Shown here one piece after another: positions 61,763 to 64,000 of a stretch of 64,000 nt of DNA (position 1 is its first letter; each line of letters begins with the position of its first letter). The notes beneath the pieces are model-generated. The model was not told where the DNA came from. It ran no database searches and saw only the letters and a list, made by a program, of their open reading frames with translations. This stretch comes from Alteromonas sp. (GTDB lineage: Bacteria > Margulisbacteria > Marinamargulisbacteria > UBA6595): contig CAXPTH010000008.1 of assembly GCA_964220215.1 (NCBI GenBank), forward strand, positions 1-64,000, given 5' to 3'. The position numbers and the translations under genes are program-made.

Positions 61763-63263
61763 CTCCAGTTTGATTGATTGGGCTGGGTTTAACGACAGCC
61801 TGTTTCACCATCCATTGGTAGGTGCCTAAATCTTGTAGCTGGTCGGTTGCTCGCATGGCCGAATTGGTGCCATACAAACTGCCAAAGCCTAAAAACAACG
61901 ATAGGGCGGTAAGCCCCAGAACACTGGCGTATTGTAACGATGATGTTTTGTTGGTCAGAACCCCATCGGTTTCGGTGTAAAAGGCTCGAAACCAGATAAT
62001 GATCATGCTAAACAAGGTTAAAACACTGGAAAGAATGAGCGCCCCAATTCCAATGAAACTACCCATCGAAATACCGGCGGCTAAAATAATAAACTTGCCC
62101 CAAAAGCCACTGAATGGTGGAATTCCAATTAAGGCAAGTGCTTGCAACCCGAATAAGACACTAAGCAATGGTCGCTGTTTAAATAAATTGCCCATTTGGT
62201 CAATCGAATCAGAGCCTGTTTCCGTCATCATAATTCCGGTGATTAAAAACAACGATGCAATCACAATCATGTGATGAACCATGTAATAGACCGTTCCCAT
62301 AATACTGGTGCCTGTGAACAAACTAATGCCAAATAGCATGAAGCCAATATGCGCAATTAAGTTGAAGCTTAAAATCATTCGAATGGATCGATGCGTAAGC
62401 GCTAAGACAATTCCTCCAATCATTGTCAGTATCGCCACGATTAATAAAATTAGAAATGGCAATGGATCGTTATTAAATAGTAGATTGAGTATTCGAATCA
62501 TGGCATAAATACCCACCTTGGTTAATAGACCAGCAAATAGACCGCCAATGGCCGGTGGCAAGGCAGAGTAGCTTTTGGGCAACCAATAAAATAGGGGGAA
62601 CATGCCCGCTTTTAGGCCATACACAAACAGCATTAAAACACTAATAATAACGACACGGCCATCGGTTCCCATGGTAAAAATAAGTCGTTCGGATATATCG
62701 GCAAAGTTTAAGGTACCAAACAATCGATACACCAAGCCCCCAGCCGCTAAAAATAGACCACTACCAATAATATTAAGGAGTAAATAGCTGTAAGCATATT
62801 TTAAATCACGGGGTCGATATTCCAACACCAGTAAGGCATAGGAGGCCATCAGCATAATTTCAAACGCAACAAATAGATTAAAAAAGTCACCCGTTGAAAA
62901 GGATAAGCACACACCCGCTAGCATGAATTGCATCAGGGGCAATCGCAAGGGGTGTGCGGATTCAGATTCGCCCGCTGTATACACACCCACAGCCAAGGTA
63001 ATTAAACCGGCAGTGGCCATTAATAATGCAGCAAAATGATCAATGGTTAATACAATACCAAAAGGGGCTTGCCAGCCGCCCACAGCCATGACGACAACCG
63101 GTTCAAGGGCTGTTTGGACCACCAAGTAAGCACTTAAAATAACTTGAATGATACCACTTAGAATCATGTAGGTATATCGATACGCACTGGTTTGTCGCCA
63201 AACCGTTAAAATAACCCCTGTAATCAGTGGGAAAATAATGGGAAGAACAGCCAAGGTATTCAT
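61743..63263 (-). CDS. mrpD: Na+/H+ antiporter subunit D
   Basis: GGWQAPFGI, DFFNLFVAFEIML, KAGMFPL..WLP, TKVGIY. Confidence 0.92.
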   Translation of the reverse strand: MNTLAVLPIIFPLITGVILTVWRQTSAYRYTYMILSGIIQVILSAYLVVQTALEPVVVMAVGGWQAPFGIVLTIDHFAALLMATAGLITLAVGVYTAGESESAHPLRLPLMQFMLAGVCLSFSTGDFFNLFVAFEIMLMASYALLVLEYRPRDLKYAYSYLLLNIIGSGLFLAAGGLVYRLFGTLNFADISERLIFTMGTDGRVVIISVLMLFVYGLKAGMFPLFYWLPKSYSALPPAIGGLFAGLLTKVGIYAMIRILNLLFNNDPLPFLILLIVAILTMIGGIVLALTHRSIRMILSFNLIAHIGFMLFGISLFTGTSIMGTVYYMVHHMIVIASLFLITGIMMTETGSDSIDQMGNLFKQRPLLSVLFGLQALALIGIPPFSGFWGKFIILAAGISMGSFIGIGALILSSVLTLFSMIIIWFRAFYTETDGVLTNKTSSLQYASVLGLTALSLFLGFGSLYGTNSAMRATDQLQDLGTYQWMVKQAVVKPSPINQTGGDYDAH

Positions 63264-63595
63264 GATGGGTTTACCTCAGTGTGTTGATTTTCTTTGACGA
63301 GCCTGTAAAAAAACACCACCATAAAGGCAGTGACCCCAAACCCAATGACAATAGCGGTTAAAATTAACGCCTGAGGCAATGGATCCACGTAGACTTGACT
63401 GACCGAATCAGAAACAATTGGGGCTGCTTTATCGCTGGGTGAGCCTGACATAACCAAAATTGCCAAGTTGGTCGCATGGGTTAACAGCCCCAAGCCCATC
63501 AGTATATTAATCACACTGCGGTGCAGCACCAAGTACACGCCGACGGCGACAAACAACGATGCAATGATACTAACAATTAAATTTAAATCACTCAT
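63260..63595 (-). CDS. mrpC: Na+/H+ antiporter subunit C
   Basis: DPLPQALILTAIVIGF. Confidence 0.92.
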   Translation of the reverse strand: MSDLNLIVSIIASLFVAVGVYLVLHRSVINILMGLGLLTHATNLAILVMSGSPSDKAAPIVSDSVSQVYVDPLPQALILTAIVIGFGVTAFMVVFFYRLVKENQHTEVNPS

Positions 63596-64000
63596 ATTCA
63601 GATGCCTCATCAAACCACAACGCAATACCAACGGTAATGCCAATGACAACAAAATACACACCCAAGTCGAATAAAGCGGGTGTGCCAATATGCAAATCTC
63701 CCAAAAGGGGAATATGCAAATGCCACATAGTATGCATTAAAAAGGCTTGGTTAAAGAGCGTCGGCACCAACGCCGTTCCATACGCAAGGCCCAGGCCGAC
63801 AGCGGCTAATAGTACGGGATTGGGGATGCGGTTTAGACAGGCACGGCCTTCAATAACATATAAAAACACCAACGATATGGCGGATGCAATACCGGCAATA
63901 AATCCACCACCCGGTGCGTTGTGCCCTTTGAAAAAAACAAATAGGGCGAATAGATTAATAATCCAAAATACAACCGGATAGAATGAACGCAAAATATAGG
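63588..64000 (-). CDS. mrpB: Na+/H+ antiporter MrpB domain (5'-truncated; possibly part of an MrpA/B fusion)
   Basis: GHNAPGGGF.AG, FDLGVY; frame is open to the window edge. Confidence 0.85.
   Translation of the reverse strand, partial: YILRSFYPVVFWIINLFALFVFFKGHNAPGGGFIAGIASAISLVFLYVIEGRACLNRIPNPVLLAAVGLGLAYGTALVPTLFNQAFLMHTMWHLHIPLLGDLHIGTPALFDLGVYFVVIGITVGIALWFDEASEYE

Overview
Bacterial chromosomal window, gene-dense and mostly housekeeping. The mix of a short Terrabacteria-type SigA, DUF5693, secA-prfB linkage and outer-membrane L/P-ring genes suggests a diderm relative of Cyanobacteria, possibly Ca. Margulisbacteria (inference only). In order it holds: an AT-rich envelope locus (beta-barrel, two PEGA-like paralogs, DUF4105 protein); a HEPN/AbiU2-like gene coupled to a U32 pair and ilvE; cstA and a large NAD-GDH; a flagellar basal-body cluster running into secA, a +1-frameshifted prfB, DUF5693 and rnc; leuS; a repeat-rich insertion; nadB; ahpCF/oxyR; a SIR2 defence-like gene; gloA; a peptide ABC transporter; gcvP, MFS, pdxH; tRNA-Glu; sigA, yqjG; tRNA-Lys; a large ankyrin/coiled-coil protein; and a minus-strand run mrpB-G, thiC, infA, proC, yggT, tsaD, rpoN. 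Three leads stand out. (1) The basal-body cluster looks repurposed: FlgF and FlgC carry Sec-type signal peptides, FliG lacks its torque domain, and the cluster is coupled to secA. (2) A 204-bp element with perfect 16-bp terminal inverted repeats is read in frame inside the HEPN-like gene, among related nested copies. (3) A 44-bp duplication of the leuS/nadB promoter and nadB start flanks a REP-like inverted-repeat element. All family calls come from motif recognition by eye; no database searches were run.
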